Below the pieces are notes generated by a model, which worked only from the letters and a program-made list of their open reading frames with translations, did no database searches and had not been told where the DNA came from. Shown in pieces: positions 17,659-25,839 of a stretch of 49,696 bases of DNA. The DNA is from Candidatus Bathyarchaeia archaeon (GTDB taxonomy: Bacteria; Chloroflexota; Limnocylindria; P2-11E). Location of the stretch: assembly GCA_035637615.1 (NCBI GenBank), contig DASPWX010000075.1:1-49696 (forward strand), written 5' to 3'. A program made the position numbers and the translations under genes. Within the stretch, counting starts at the first letter, position 1, and every line of letters begins with the position of its first letter.

Positions 17659-18551
17659 GCCGCGGCCTCAGCTTCACGGTCACCGGCGATGGCCTCTTCG
17701 AGGGAGGCGACGGCCACCTCGATCATCCGCGCGTCGGGCCGTCGCGTCGTGATGCCTTGCAGCAGGAGGCCGGGCGCGACGAGCAAACGCATGAGCGGCG
17801 ATCGCTCGTGAGCCGCTCCGAGACGCAGTGCCTCGTACGAGATCGACGCGACGGGAACAACGAGCAAGAGACGCACGATGAGGTCGATGAACAGGTTGAC
17901 GCGCGGCAGGAACGCGAAGATCACGATCGACACGACGACCACGAGCAGCAGGAAGGCCGTGCCGCAGCGCGGGTGCGCCGTTGGGTACGGCTCGATGCGT
18001 TCTGGCGTGAGCGGATCGCCGTGCTCGAACGCGTGGATCGTCATGTGCTCGGCGCCGTGGTACGCGAACACGCGCCGCACGTCGGGCAGGAATGAGATCG
18101 CGACGAGGTAGCCGACCAGCAGCGCGAGGCGGATAAGGCCCTCGGTCACGTTCAGGACGACCGAGCTCGGGATCACGGCGCGCGCCAGGCTCGTCGCGAG
18201 GTACGGCACGCCGATGAAGAGGAGGAGCGCGCCGACGAGCGCTACGCCCATGATCAACGTGTTCCCGCCCTTGCCGAGCTGCTCGTCCTGCTCGAGCTGG
18301 ACTTCGGCCGAGCGCATCAGCATGCGGATGCCGTAGTCCAGCGACTCCCAGAGCACCACAACGCCGCGCACGAATGGAAGGCGCGCGACCCGCGAGCGGA
18401 CCAGCGGCGAGCGCAGGGGCTCGCGGTACCGGTAGATGTCGCCGTTCGGCTTACGGCACGCGAGGGCGACCGTGCGCCGGCCGCGGATCATCACGCCTTC
18501 GATGACGGCCTGACCGCCGTAGAGAGCGGGCGGCTGCTTCTTTTCGGTCAT
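17655..18551 (-). CDS. DUF1385-domain membrane protein
   Basis: 298 aa. YGGQAVIEGVMIRG and YHGAEHMTIHAFE are hallmark DUF1385 blocks. The position between rpmE and prfA is conserved. It overlaps the prfA start (ATGA). Confidence 0.85.
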   Translation of the reverse strand: MTEKKQPPALYGGQAVIEGVMIRGRRTVALACRKPNGDIYRYREPLRSPLVRSRVARLPFVRGVVVLWESLDYGIRMLMRSAEVQLEQDEQLGKGGNTLIMGVALVGALLLFIGVPYLATSLARAVIPSSVVLNVTEGLIRLALLVGYLVAISFLPDVRRVFAYHGAEHMTIHAFEHGDPLTPERIEPYPTAHPRCGTAFLLLVVVVSIVIFAFLPRVNLFIDLIVRLLLVVPVASISYEALRLGAAHERSPLMRLLVAPGLLLQGITTRRPDARMIEVAVASLEEAIAGDREAEAAA

Positions 18552-18574
18552 GCGCGGCTGCGGCCGGTCAGCAC

Positions 18575-18817
18575 CTAACGGTGCGGGGCGGCCTCCGCGG
18601 AGGCGGGTGCGTCGGCCGCTTTCTTCGCGTACCGCTTGGTAAACCGCTCGACGCGACCCTGGATGTCGAGAATGTGCTGCGTCCCCGTGTAGAACGGATG
18701 GCAGCCGGCACAGACCTCCACGTGGAGCTCCGGCTTCGTCGACCCGGTCGTGTAGCTGCGACCGCAGGCGCAGATGATCTTCGCCTGCATGTAGTTGGGG
18801 TGGATCTTTTCTTTCAT
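18575..18817 (-). CDS. rpmE: 50S ribosomal protein L31 (Zn-ribbon type A)
   Basis: [45 protein letters not shown], with CxC...CxxC present. Confidence 0.95.
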   Translation of the reverse strand: MKEKIHPNYMQAKIICACGRSYTTGSTKPELHVEVCAGCHPFYTGTQHILDIQGRVERFTKRYAKKAADAPASAEAAPHR

Positions 18818-18827
18818 GGACTGACCT

Positions 18828-19082
18828 CTAAACCGCGACGACGCTCACGCGCCGGCGGTCGTCTCGTGCTGCCTTGAATTCCACGGTCCCCGCGATAAGG
18901 GCGAAGAGCGTGTGGTCCTTGCCGACGCCAACGTTGGTGCCGGGCAGGACCTTCGTGCCGCGCTGGCGGACGATGATCGTTCCCGCCTGGACGCGAGCGC
19001 CCGCGTATTCCTTCACGCCGAGCCGCTGCCCGGCGCTGTCTCGTCCGTTGCGGGTCGAACCCGCGCCTTTCTTGTGTGCCAT
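18828..19082 (-). CDS. rpmA: 50S ribosomal protein L27
   Basis: [24 protein letters not shown]...IIVRQRGTK is canonical L27. Confidence 0.95.
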   Translation of the reverse strand: MAHKKGAGSTRNGRDSAGQRLGVKEYAGARVQAGTIIVRQRGTKVLPGTNVGVGKDHTLFALIAGTVEFKAARDDRRRVSVVAV

Positions 19083-19085
19083 TTC

Positions 19086-19397
19086 CTATGCCTCGATCTT
19101 CGTGATGCGGAGGGTCGTCTCGTCCTGCCGGTGGCCGCGCGTCTTCCGCGACCGCGTCTTGTTCTTGTACTTGAACACCCGGATCTTCGGTCCTCTTCCG
19201 TGGCTGACGATCTGCGCCGTGACGATGGCGTCGGTCACGAAAGGGGTCCCGGCGCGGACACGGACGCCGTCGGCGAACACGAGTACCTGGTCGAGGATGA
19301 CGGTCTCACCGGCGTCGCCCGCACGGCGATCGACGGTGATCGTGCCTCCCTCTTCGACCCGGTAGCTCCTGGTGCCACTACGGACGACCGCGTACAC
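19086..19397 (-). CDS. rplU: 50S ribosomal protein L21
   Basis: From GTG 19397: VYAVVRSGTRSYRVEEGGTITVDR...KIRVFKYKNKTRSRKTRGHRQ (103 aa). A GGAGAGG Shine-Dalgarno lies at 19408-19414. The upstream part of the track ORF (to 19682) is non-coding or overlaps another gene. Confidence 0.9.
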   Translation of the reverse strand: MYAVVRSGTRSYRVEEGGTITVDRRAGDAGETVILDQVLVFADGVRVRAGTPFVTDAIVTAQIVSHGRGPKIRVFKYKNKTRSRKTRGHRQDETTLRITKIEA

Positions 19398-19415
19398 GGA
19401 CTCTGGACCTCTCCG

Positions 19416-19447
19416 AACAGAAAAAGTCGCCGCGCTCGATGCGCGAC
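19416..19447 (-). terminator. intrinsic-terminator-like hairpin plus U-run just upstream of the rplU RBS
   Basis: The minus strand reads GTCGCGCATCGAGCGCGGCGAC (GC-rich stem with a 2-nt bulge) followed by TTTTTCTGTT. It lies 40 nt downstream of the preceding gene's stop and 1 nt upstream of the rplU SD. Confidence 0.6.
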
Positions 19448-19486
19448 GTAATGAAAAGTATAAGGGATGGGCTGCGACCGGCCCCT

Positions 19487-20713
19487 CTACGCGGCGGCGG
19501 ACGCCCTTGTGGGCGATGGGCTGGCCCACAACCGAAGCGTGAACGTGACCAGGCCAAGAAGGATCGCGATACCCATGACCGGTGCGGTGAAGCGCTCGAA
19601 GAAGGTGATGTTGGCGAGGAGTACGACGATGAAGGCCGCCACGCCGGCATTCAGGCCCCAGAAGATCACGTTGTCCGCCCACGGAAGCATCGCCGGGCGG
19701 TCAGCGGTGAATCCGATGAGGAGCGCGAAGTTCAGGTTCGTCATCACACCGACAAAGAGCGCGTGGTCGAGAGTGACCGCGACCGACGTCGGCACCTGGC
19801 TGAAGTCCTTGTAGATGTTCAGTACGAACAGCGCGAGGATCAGATAGATGATCGAACCGACGTTCAGGATCAGGAACGGCACAGCGACCGCCGCATAACG
19901 TGCACTGCCGCCGCGCGTCCAGCTCGAGCGCACGGCCGACCAGCCGACTCTGATGAGGAAGATCACGAGCGCGGGAACTTCGAGGAGCACCGCGCCACCG
20001 GCGGCCTGCGGTTGTCCGAGGGCGAATCCCACAGCGATGCCGAGAGCCCCAAAGAAGAGGAGGCCCACCTGGACGCGGCCGGCCCAAGACGCGGGCGCCG
20101 ACTCGGGGTGGTGCCAGTACTCGATCAGGCCCATGCCGAGCAGGAGCAGGAAGCCAACGACCTGCGCCGTCACGTGGCCGCCAATGATGTTCATGGGATC
20201 GAATTGTTGGCCCGTCGCGAACGCGAACTGCGCGTACACGCCAAGGGATGATCCGATGACCAAGGACGTCAAGCCCGCGATCGCCGCCAGCTGTGGGGTG
20301 CTCAGGCGTCCGAGCCCGATGCGCTGCCCCTCCCTGATCGACCAGCCGAGCAGGACGATGATGGCGACGAACACCGGCGTGCTGAGCGCGGCGCGAGCTA
20401 CGAAGCTCCCGCTCCAAAATCCAACGACGTAGAGCGGGATGCTTCCCACGAGCGCGATGACCAGGCCGCGAACGAACCCCTCGTTCGCCGCTCGCGGACC
20501 CGTGCCGCCGAAGATCCAAAGACACGCGGCCGCTACACCGAGAGTGATCCAGCCGAGCGTGCCGGCGTGAACGTGTGTCAGCAGCACGTTGCGATCGAGT
20601 GTCCCGAATACCTTTGTGCCGTTTGCGATGCCGATCAGGACGGTGACGACGAAGATGAGCATCGCGATCTGAAGAAGCCACCCGATCTCCGGGCGGTACC
20701 GCAACGTCCCCAT
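19487..20713 (-). CDS. polytopic membrane protein (about 12 TM) with six conserved-looking histidines; family not recognised
   Basis: 408-aa, strongly hydrophobic ORF. It contains only six His, in the motifs LLTHVHAGTLGW, IIGGHVTAQ, EYWHHPE and TLDHALFVG. Confidence 0.7.
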   Translation of the reverse strand: MGTLRYRPEIGWLLQIAMLIFVVTVLIGIANGTKVFGTLDRNVLLTHVHAGTLGWITLGVAAACLWIFGGTGPRAANEGFVRGLVIALVGSIPLYVVGFWSGSFVARAALSTPVFVAIIVLLGWSIREGQRIGLGRLSTPQLAAIAGLTSLVIGSSLGVYAQFAFATGQQFDPMNIIGGHVTAQVVGFLLLLGMGLIEYWHHPESAPASWAGRVQVGLLFFGALGIAVGFALGQPQAAGGAVLLEVPALVIFLIRVGWSAVRSSWTRGGSARYAAVAVPFLILNVGSIIYLILALFVLNIYKDFSQVPTSVAVTLDHALFVGVMTNLNFALLIGFTADRPAMLPWADNVIFWGLNAGVAAFIVVLLANITFFERFTAPVMGIAILLGLVTFTLRLWASPSPTRASAAA

Positions 20714-20724
20714 CGTCTCCTCCC

Positions 20725-21369
20725 TCAGCGCGCTCGCGAGTCGAGAGCGACCACCTGCACGTTCTCAGGCAGCGAACTCCGCGTTACCGACAGTTTGGCT
20801 ACCGGCGTCAACTCCTTGACGCCAAGCTCGTGTAATAGCCGGTCGAATGGGGCGTGCGCGTCCTTTTTGGCGTCGGGGTCGTACGACATCGGCACGACGA
20901 CCTTCGGCTCGAGCTGGTGGATGACCTCCGCCGCCTTGGCGGCGGTGAGGTTCACGTCGCCGCCCGATATGGGCACGAGCACGATATCCACGTCCCCGAG
21001 CCGCTCGAGATCCGCCGCCGGCAGCTCGTGTCCCAGATCGCCAAGATGGCAGATGACGAGATCGTCGAGCCGGATCGCGAAGACGGTGTTGCGTCCCCGG
21101 GCGGAGCCTTTGGAATCGTCGTGGAACGTCGCGATACCGGTCACCAGGACCTCCTGGACCTCGTACTCGCCGGGACCCCGGAGCACCACGGGCTCGCCCC
21201 CGACCGACTTGAGACTCGAATGTCCGAGGTGCTCGTGGGAGATGGTCACGATCGCCGCCTCCGTCTTGGGGATGGCGTGCCCAGACTTGGGGTCGGGCGG
21301 GTCGGCCAGCACGACACCTTCGCGGCCGCGCATACGGAAGCAGGCGTGACCGAGCCAGGTCATGTCCAT
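20725..21369 (-). CDS. MBL-fold metallo-hydrolase (UPF0173-like)
   Basis: 214 aa. MDMTWLGHACFRM..., ISHEHLGH (HxHxDH-like), and HLGDLGH are typical of the small MBL-fold hydrolases. Confidence 0.8.
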   Translation of the reverse strand: MDMTWLGHACFRMRGREGVVLADPPDPKSGHAIPKTEAAIVTISHEHLGHSSLKSVGGEPVVLRGPGEYEVQEVLVTGIATFHDDSKGSARGRNTVFAIRLDDLVICHLGDLGHELPAADLERLGDVDIVLVPISGGDVNLTAAKAAEVIHQLEPKVVVPMSYDPDAKKDAHAPFDRLLHELGVKELTPVAKLSVTRSSLPENVQVVALDSRAR

Positions 21370-21458
21370 GGAGCGGGCCGAGAATAGCGAAACAGCGCCC
21401 CGGCCGAGCGGGTAGTCCGAATGACCCGAGCTCCTGGCCGGGACCGGCGGAGGCTTCG

Positions 21459-22016
21459 CTGACCGACACCGACCAGGACGTCGTCAAGGCATGTCTTGCC
21501 GGTGAGGCGGACGCCTACGCGGCTCTGGTCGAGCGATACGGAGGACGGGTGTTCAACATCGCGCTCCGCATCACCGGGGACACCGACGCGGCGAACGATT
21601 GCGCGCAGGAGGCTTTCATTCGCGCCTATCGCGCTCTGCACCAGTACAACCCCGCGCTGCCTTTCGCTCCGTGGCTCTATCGGATCACGACCAACGCGAG
21701 CCTGAACCACGTCCAGCGGTGGCATGCTCGCGAGACGCCGGTCGACGAGCTGCCCGAACGTCCTGATGAGACCGAGCTCGGGCCGGAGGCGACCGCGGTG
21801 CGCCGCGAGGAGGTCGCGGAGGTCGTCGCGGCCATGGCCGACCTTCCTCCGGCCTATCGCGCCGCGCTCACGCTTCGCCATATGCAGCAGCTCTCGTATC
21901 AAGAGGTGGCCGATGCCCTGGGTATCCCATTGGGTACGGTGAAGACCCATTTGCATCGCGCGAGGGCCGCGCTCAAGGTCCGCATCGCCGCACGCTTGGA
22001 GGGAAAGGCACCGTGA
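21459..22016 (+). CDS. ECF-type RNA polymerase sigma-70 factor
   Basis: Region 2 is VVKACLAGEADAYAALVERYGGRVFNIALRITGDTDAANDCAQEAFIRAYRAL...PWLYRITTN. Region 4 is LPPAYRAALTLRHMQQLSYQEVADALGIPLGTVKTHLHRAR. The track start (GTG 21549) would delete region 2.1. The only plausible in-frame start upstream of it is CTG 21459, so the start is uncertain. Confidence 0.85.
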   Translation: MTDTDQDVVKACLAGEADAYAALVERYGGRVFNIALRITGDTDAANDCAQEAFIRAYRALHQYNPALPFAPWLYRITTNASLNHVQRWHARETPVDELPERPDETELGPEATAVRREEVAEVVAAMADLPPAYRAALTLRHMQQLSYQEVADALGIPLGTVKTHLHRARAALKVRIAARLEGKAP

Positions 22017-22408
22017 GCCATCTCATGCCGCCGGATATCGAACCGGCCGAGCGTCGCACGCACGAGCTGCTTGCGAACGTTCCTCCGCGCGCCCTTCCGC
22101 TGGGCTTCCGCGACGCGGTCATGCACCAGGTCGGAGGCGGTGGCCGGACGACGTGGGAGTGGATCATCGCAGCTGCGCTCGCGCTGCCTTCGCTCGCATT
22201 TCTCGCTCACCAGCTCTCCACAAACGGAGACGAATTCAGCGCGGCCCTGAACAACGTGATCGCGACGGCAACAGCCGACAATGCAGATGCCTTCTTCTTC
22301 ATCGACGGGACCACGGTGTTCGCGCTCGTGCTTGTCGGCATCGCTAGCCTCATCGCGACGCATGCCGCGATCGCGGCCCCTCCGCGAAAGGTGACGACCG
22401 AGAGATGA
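22013..22408 (+). CDS. putative anti-sigma factor (membrane protein, non-ZAS)
   Basis: 131 aa with two TM segments. It lies directly downstream of the ECF sigma gene, and its GTG overlaps the sigma stop (GTGA). The assignment rests on position only. Confidence 0.55.
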   Translation: MSHLMPPDIEPAERRTHELLANVPPRALPLGFRDAVMHQVGGGGRTTWEWIIAAALALPSLAFLAHQLSTNGDEFSAALNNVIATATADNADAFFFIDGTTVFALVLVGIASLIATHAAIAAPPRKVTTER

Positions 22409-23181
22409 AGCAGCGTGAGGCGTTGATCGTGCTCGGCGCGGTGATGCTCGCCGTCGCCATCTCGGCGATCCTCCTTGCGTCCTCGCTCGCGAACGTTGCG
22501 TCGGCGGAGAGGCGCATCTTCTTCGACGCTCGCAACTCGCCACCGCCGGCGCGCACCGTGATCGAGACCCAGCGCGGCCTGCCGGAGGCGCTTCAGCCGA
22601 TTATCCCGGTCCAGCGCGGGCTGACCGACACGGCACGGGATGCCGCCGGTTACCTCCTCACGCTCCTCGCGACCTCCGCCGCGCTCGTGCTCGCGCGCGA
22701 CCAGGTCGTGGGCACGTATCGCGCGTCGCTCGGTGGCTGGCGGTCGCAACTTCGTGTCCTCTTGAGCGGCCTGGCCGTGATCGGCGTCGGAGCATCCGCC
22801 GCGGCGCTTTCGTGGATCGTCTTCCTGGGCTCGGTCGCGAGCCTTCGCAACGCCGGCCTGGTCGGCGTGCCAGCCGCGCTCCAGGTGGGCCTCGCGGCGT
22901 TCAGCGTGGTCCTCGTCCTGGCCGGGCTTGCGACTCTCGTTGGGTTCGCAGCCGCCTCGTGGCGTCTGGGGGATGCGCTCTTCCAGCTGCGGGGGCTGCG
23001 CCGTTACACCGGACGCGTTCCGGCGCCTCTCATCGCCCTCTTAGGCGCCACCCTTATCTATATCGCATGGCAGATTCCATATCTGGGTGCTCTGGCTGTG
23101 CTGGGCGCCCTCGCCTACGCGCTCGGCGCTGTGGTCACGGCGCGTCTGGCGCATTCGACGCGTTCGCAGATCGCGGCATAG
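22405..23181 (+). CDS. hypothetical polytopic membrane protein
   Basis: 258 aa with 5-6 predicted TM helices. The ATG overlaps the upstream stop (ATGA). I recognise no family. Confidence 0.6.
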   Translation: MKQREALIVLGAVMLAVAISAILLASSLANVASAERRIFFDARNSPPPARTVIETQRGLPEALQPIIPVQRGLTDTARDAAGYLLTLLATSAALVLARDQVVGTYRASLGGWRSQLRVLLSGLAVIGVGASAAALSWIVFLGSVASLRNAGLVGVPAALQVGLAAFSVVLVLAGLATLVGFAAASWRLGDALFQLRGLRRYTGRVPAPLIALLGATLIYIAWQIPYLGALAVLGALAYALGAVVTARLAHSTRSQIAA

Positions 23182-23209
23182 ATGCTGATCCACGAGGGGG
23201 GAACGATCG

Positions 23210-25102
23210 ATGACGGTGTTTAGAGGAATCTTGATGACGTGGCCGGGACGGATCTTCGCCCTCGCCCTCGTCGGAGTAATGGCGGGCGGCGCGGTCTTCG
23301 TATCCCGCGCGAACGCTCCGGCGGCGAAGACCGAGCTGCGTACGCAAGCCGTGACGAAGGGCTCGGTCATCCAGAGCGTCGCGGTCTCCGGATCGGTCGC
23401 CGCGATGAATCAGACCAAGATGACCTTCCGGACCACGGGCAAGATCTCGGACATCTACGTGACCGTGGGCCAGCAGGTGACGGCCGGACAGCCCCTCGCG
23501 AAGCTCGACACGACGGACCTCGACGCCGCGCTCGCGCAGGCGCAGGCCAATCTCGTGACCGCGCAGAACAACTACAACCGCACCGCTTCGACGACGAGCG
23601 ATGCGCAGAAGGCGCTGAACCAGGCCCGCCAGCAGGCCGCGCAGGATCTGGCGACGGCGCAAGCGACCCTGAGTAAGCTCACGGCGAACTACGCCTCGGC
23701 GAAGTCGAACTTCAGCTCGTTCACCGACAACGCGACGGGCGGCATCTCGAGCTTCCAGGACAGCCTGAACACGATCCAGTCGCAGATCGACACGCTCATC
23801 GCCGAGATGAGCAAGATCGTCGGTGGAGGCGACACCGGCGACCTCCGCAACGCGCTGAACGCGGTGAGCGGAGCCAATTCCCCGGGGTTGCAGAACGCCC
23901 GCGCGAACTCGGTCACGCTCCTTTCGCCGGCCCTGGCGGACTACCAGAGCGCAAGGAGCGCACTGCTCTCGGTCGTGGCGGACTTTGACTCCGCGATCGC
24001 AGCCGGGAATGACACGACCAGCATCTCCACGAGCTTCCAGCTCGCGATGACCAATTACTCAATCGCGACGTCACGCCTCAGCACCGCGCTCGACACGACG
24101 TCCGCCGTCCTCGGGACCGTCCAGACCAGCGTGACGACGGCGCAGTCGTCCCTCAACACGCAGTCGACGAAGACGCTGCACGATCCGTTCGACCAGTGGC
24201 GTGCGGATCTCGCGACCCTCTACACCCTGGTCGGCGCCCAGCAGCAGAACGTCTCGACGGTGAAGCTGAAGATCTCGCAAGCGACGACGTACGTGAACAC
24301 GATGAACGACGCGATCGGCGGGTCGATCGCGACCGCAACGCAGAACGTGACGACCACGGCGCAGCGCGGACAGCAGTCGATCGACTCGGCGCAAACGTCC
24401 CTCAACTCGAAGCCGTACGACGTGACGAACTCGCAGGCGAGCGTCGACAACGCGGCCACCGCGGTGCAGACCGCGCAGACCAACCTGGAGAACGCCGTCG
24501 TCACCGCGCCGTCGGCGGGAGTGGTGGCCTCGATCGCCTCTCAAGTGGGCGAGACCGCGGCCAATCCATTCATGATCCTCGCGAATACGACCTCGCTCGT
24601 CCTGCATGGGACCATCGGCGAGAGCGACGTCGCCAAGGTCAAGCTCGGGCTGGTCGCGAACGTGGCCGTCGATGCGGTCGCCACGGCCGGACGCATGACC
24701 GGCCGCGTGACCTCGCTCGATCCAGTCGCGACGATCCAGTCCGGCGTGCCGGTCTATGGCATCGACGTGACGATCGACCTTCCGAACTCGCAGGTGAAGC
24801 CAGGGATGACCGGAACGGCGACGGTGATCATCGCGAGCCGGCAGGGCGTGCTCACCGTTCCGAACCTCGCCATCCGCACGACAAACGGGAGACGTTACCT
24901 GCAGATCCTGAAGGACGGCGAGGCCGTCGACACCGACGTGGTGTTCGGCATCGCCAACGACACCACGACCGAAGTGGTGAGCGGCGTCGCGGAAGGCGAC
25001 CTGGCGGTGCTGCCGGCCGCGCGCGCCACGGCGACGGCACGGCCCGGCGCGGGGGGCGGCGGCGCCTTCGGCGGTGGCCCCGGAGTGATCGTCGGCCGAT
25101 GA
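23210..25102 (+). CDS. HlyD/MacA-family periplasmic adaptor (membrane fusion protein) with greatly extended helical hairpin
   Basis: 630 aa. It has an N-terminal TM anchor, a lipoyl/barrel half (KISDIYVTVGQQVTAGQPLAKLD), a C-terminal half (VVTAPSAGVVASI...VKPGMTGTATVII) and a Gly-rich tail. About 330 aa of A/T/S/Q/N-rich helical sequence separate the two lipoyl halves. The SD GAGGGGGG lies 9 nt upstream. Confidence 0.85.
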   Translation: MTVFRGILMTWPGRIFALALVGVMAGGAVFVSRANAPAAKTELRTQAVTKGSVIQSVAVSGSVAAMNQTKMTFRTTGKISDIYVTVGQQVTAGQPLAKLDTTDLDAALAQAQANLVTAQNNYNRTASTTSDAQKALNQARQQAAQDLATAQATLSKLTANYASAKSNFSSFTDNATGGISSFQDSLNTIQSQIDTLIAEMSKIVGGGDTGDLRNALNAVSGANSPGLQNARANSVTLLSPALADYQSARSALLSVVADFDSAIAAGNDTTSISTSFQLAMTNYSIATSRLSTALDTTSAVLGTVQTSVTTAQSSLNTQSTKTLHDPFDQWRADLATLYTLVGAQQQNVSTVKLKISQATTYVNTMNDAIGGSIATATQNVTTTAQRGQQSIDSAQTSLNSKPYDVTNSQASVDNAATAVQTAQTNLENAVVTAPSAGVVASIASQVGETAANPFMILANTTSLVLHGTIGESDVAKVKLGLVANVAVDAVATAGRMTGRVTSLDPVATIQSGVPVYGIDVTIDLPNSQVKPGMTGTATVIIASRQGVLTVPNLAIRTTNGRRYLQILKDGEAVDTDVVFGIANDTTTEVVSGVAEGDLAVLPAARATATARPGAGGGGAFGGGPGVIVGR

Positions 25103-25839
25103 GCGAGAGCGTCGTCCAGCTCCGCGGCATCACCAAGACATACCGCATCGGGCGGGAGATCACGGTGAACGCGCTGCGCGGGGTGGATCTCGACGTCCGC
25201 GCCGCGGAATTCGTCGCGATCATGGGCCCGTCGGGATCAGGAAAGTCGACGCTCATGAACGTCCTCGGCTGCCTGGACGTCGCGGACGGCGGGACATACG
25301 TGCTCGCGGGCGAGAACGTCGGAAAGCTTTCCGACAACCAGCTCGCCGGGATCCGCAACAAGCACGTCGGCTTCGTCTTCCAGACGTACAACCTGCTCTC
25401 GCGGTTGAACGCGATCGAGAACGTCGAGCTCCCGCTCATCTACGGCGGCGATCGCAAAGAACGACGGCAGCGCGCGCTCGCAGCGCTCGAGCAGGTCGGT
25501 CTCGGCGACCGGATCCATCACCGGCCGAGTGAGCTCTCGGGCGGTCAGCAGCAGCGCGTCGCGATCGCGCGCGCGCTCCTCAACGATCCGTCGATGATCC
25601 TTGCGGACGAGCCCACCGGAAACCTGGACTCGCGGTCCAGCGCCGAGATTCTCTCGATCTTCCAGCGCCTCAACGACCTGGGCAAGACCGTCGTCATGGT
25701 CACGCACGAGCCTGACGTGGCCGCGCACACCAAGCGGATCGTGCGCATGCGCGACGGGATCATCGCGCACGACGACCTCGTGGCCCAGCCACGCCGCGCC
25801 GAGGACGAGATCGCGATGGGGATCGGGGCGGCCGAATGA
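25099..25839 (+). CDS. ABC transporter ATP-binding protein, MacB/LolD type
   Basis: From ATG 25099 (ATGA overlap): Walker [11 protein letters not shown]-loop, signature [15 protein letters not shown], Walker [12 protein letters not shown]. The longer track ORF (24196..) is an out-of-gene extension. Confidence 0.95.
   Translation: MSESVVQLRGITKTYRIGREITVNALRGVDLDVRAAEFVAIMGPSGSGKSTLMNVLGCLDVADGGTYVLAGENVGKLSDNQLAGIRNKHVGFVFQTYNLLSRLNAIENVELPLIYGGDRKERRQRALAALEQVGLGDRIHHRPSELSGGQQQRVAIARALLNDPSMILADEPTGNLDSRSSAEILSIFQRLNDLGKTVVMVTHEPDVAAHTKRIVRMRDGIIAHDDLVAQPRRAEDEIAMGIGAAE

Noticed and set aside
20725-21458. Considered a functional link between the MBL-fold hydrolase and the divergently transcribed sigma factor (shared 89-bp control region).
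   Set aside because: Nothing in the sequence, such as a shared palindrome or conserved motif, supports co-regulation. Divergent arrangement alone is weak evidence.
22013-22408. Considered whether the ORF after the ECF sigma gene is a classical zinc-binding (ZAS) anti-sigma factor.
   Set aside because: It has no HxxxCxxC motif and contains no cysteine. It is retained only as a positional anti-sigma candidate with two TM segments.
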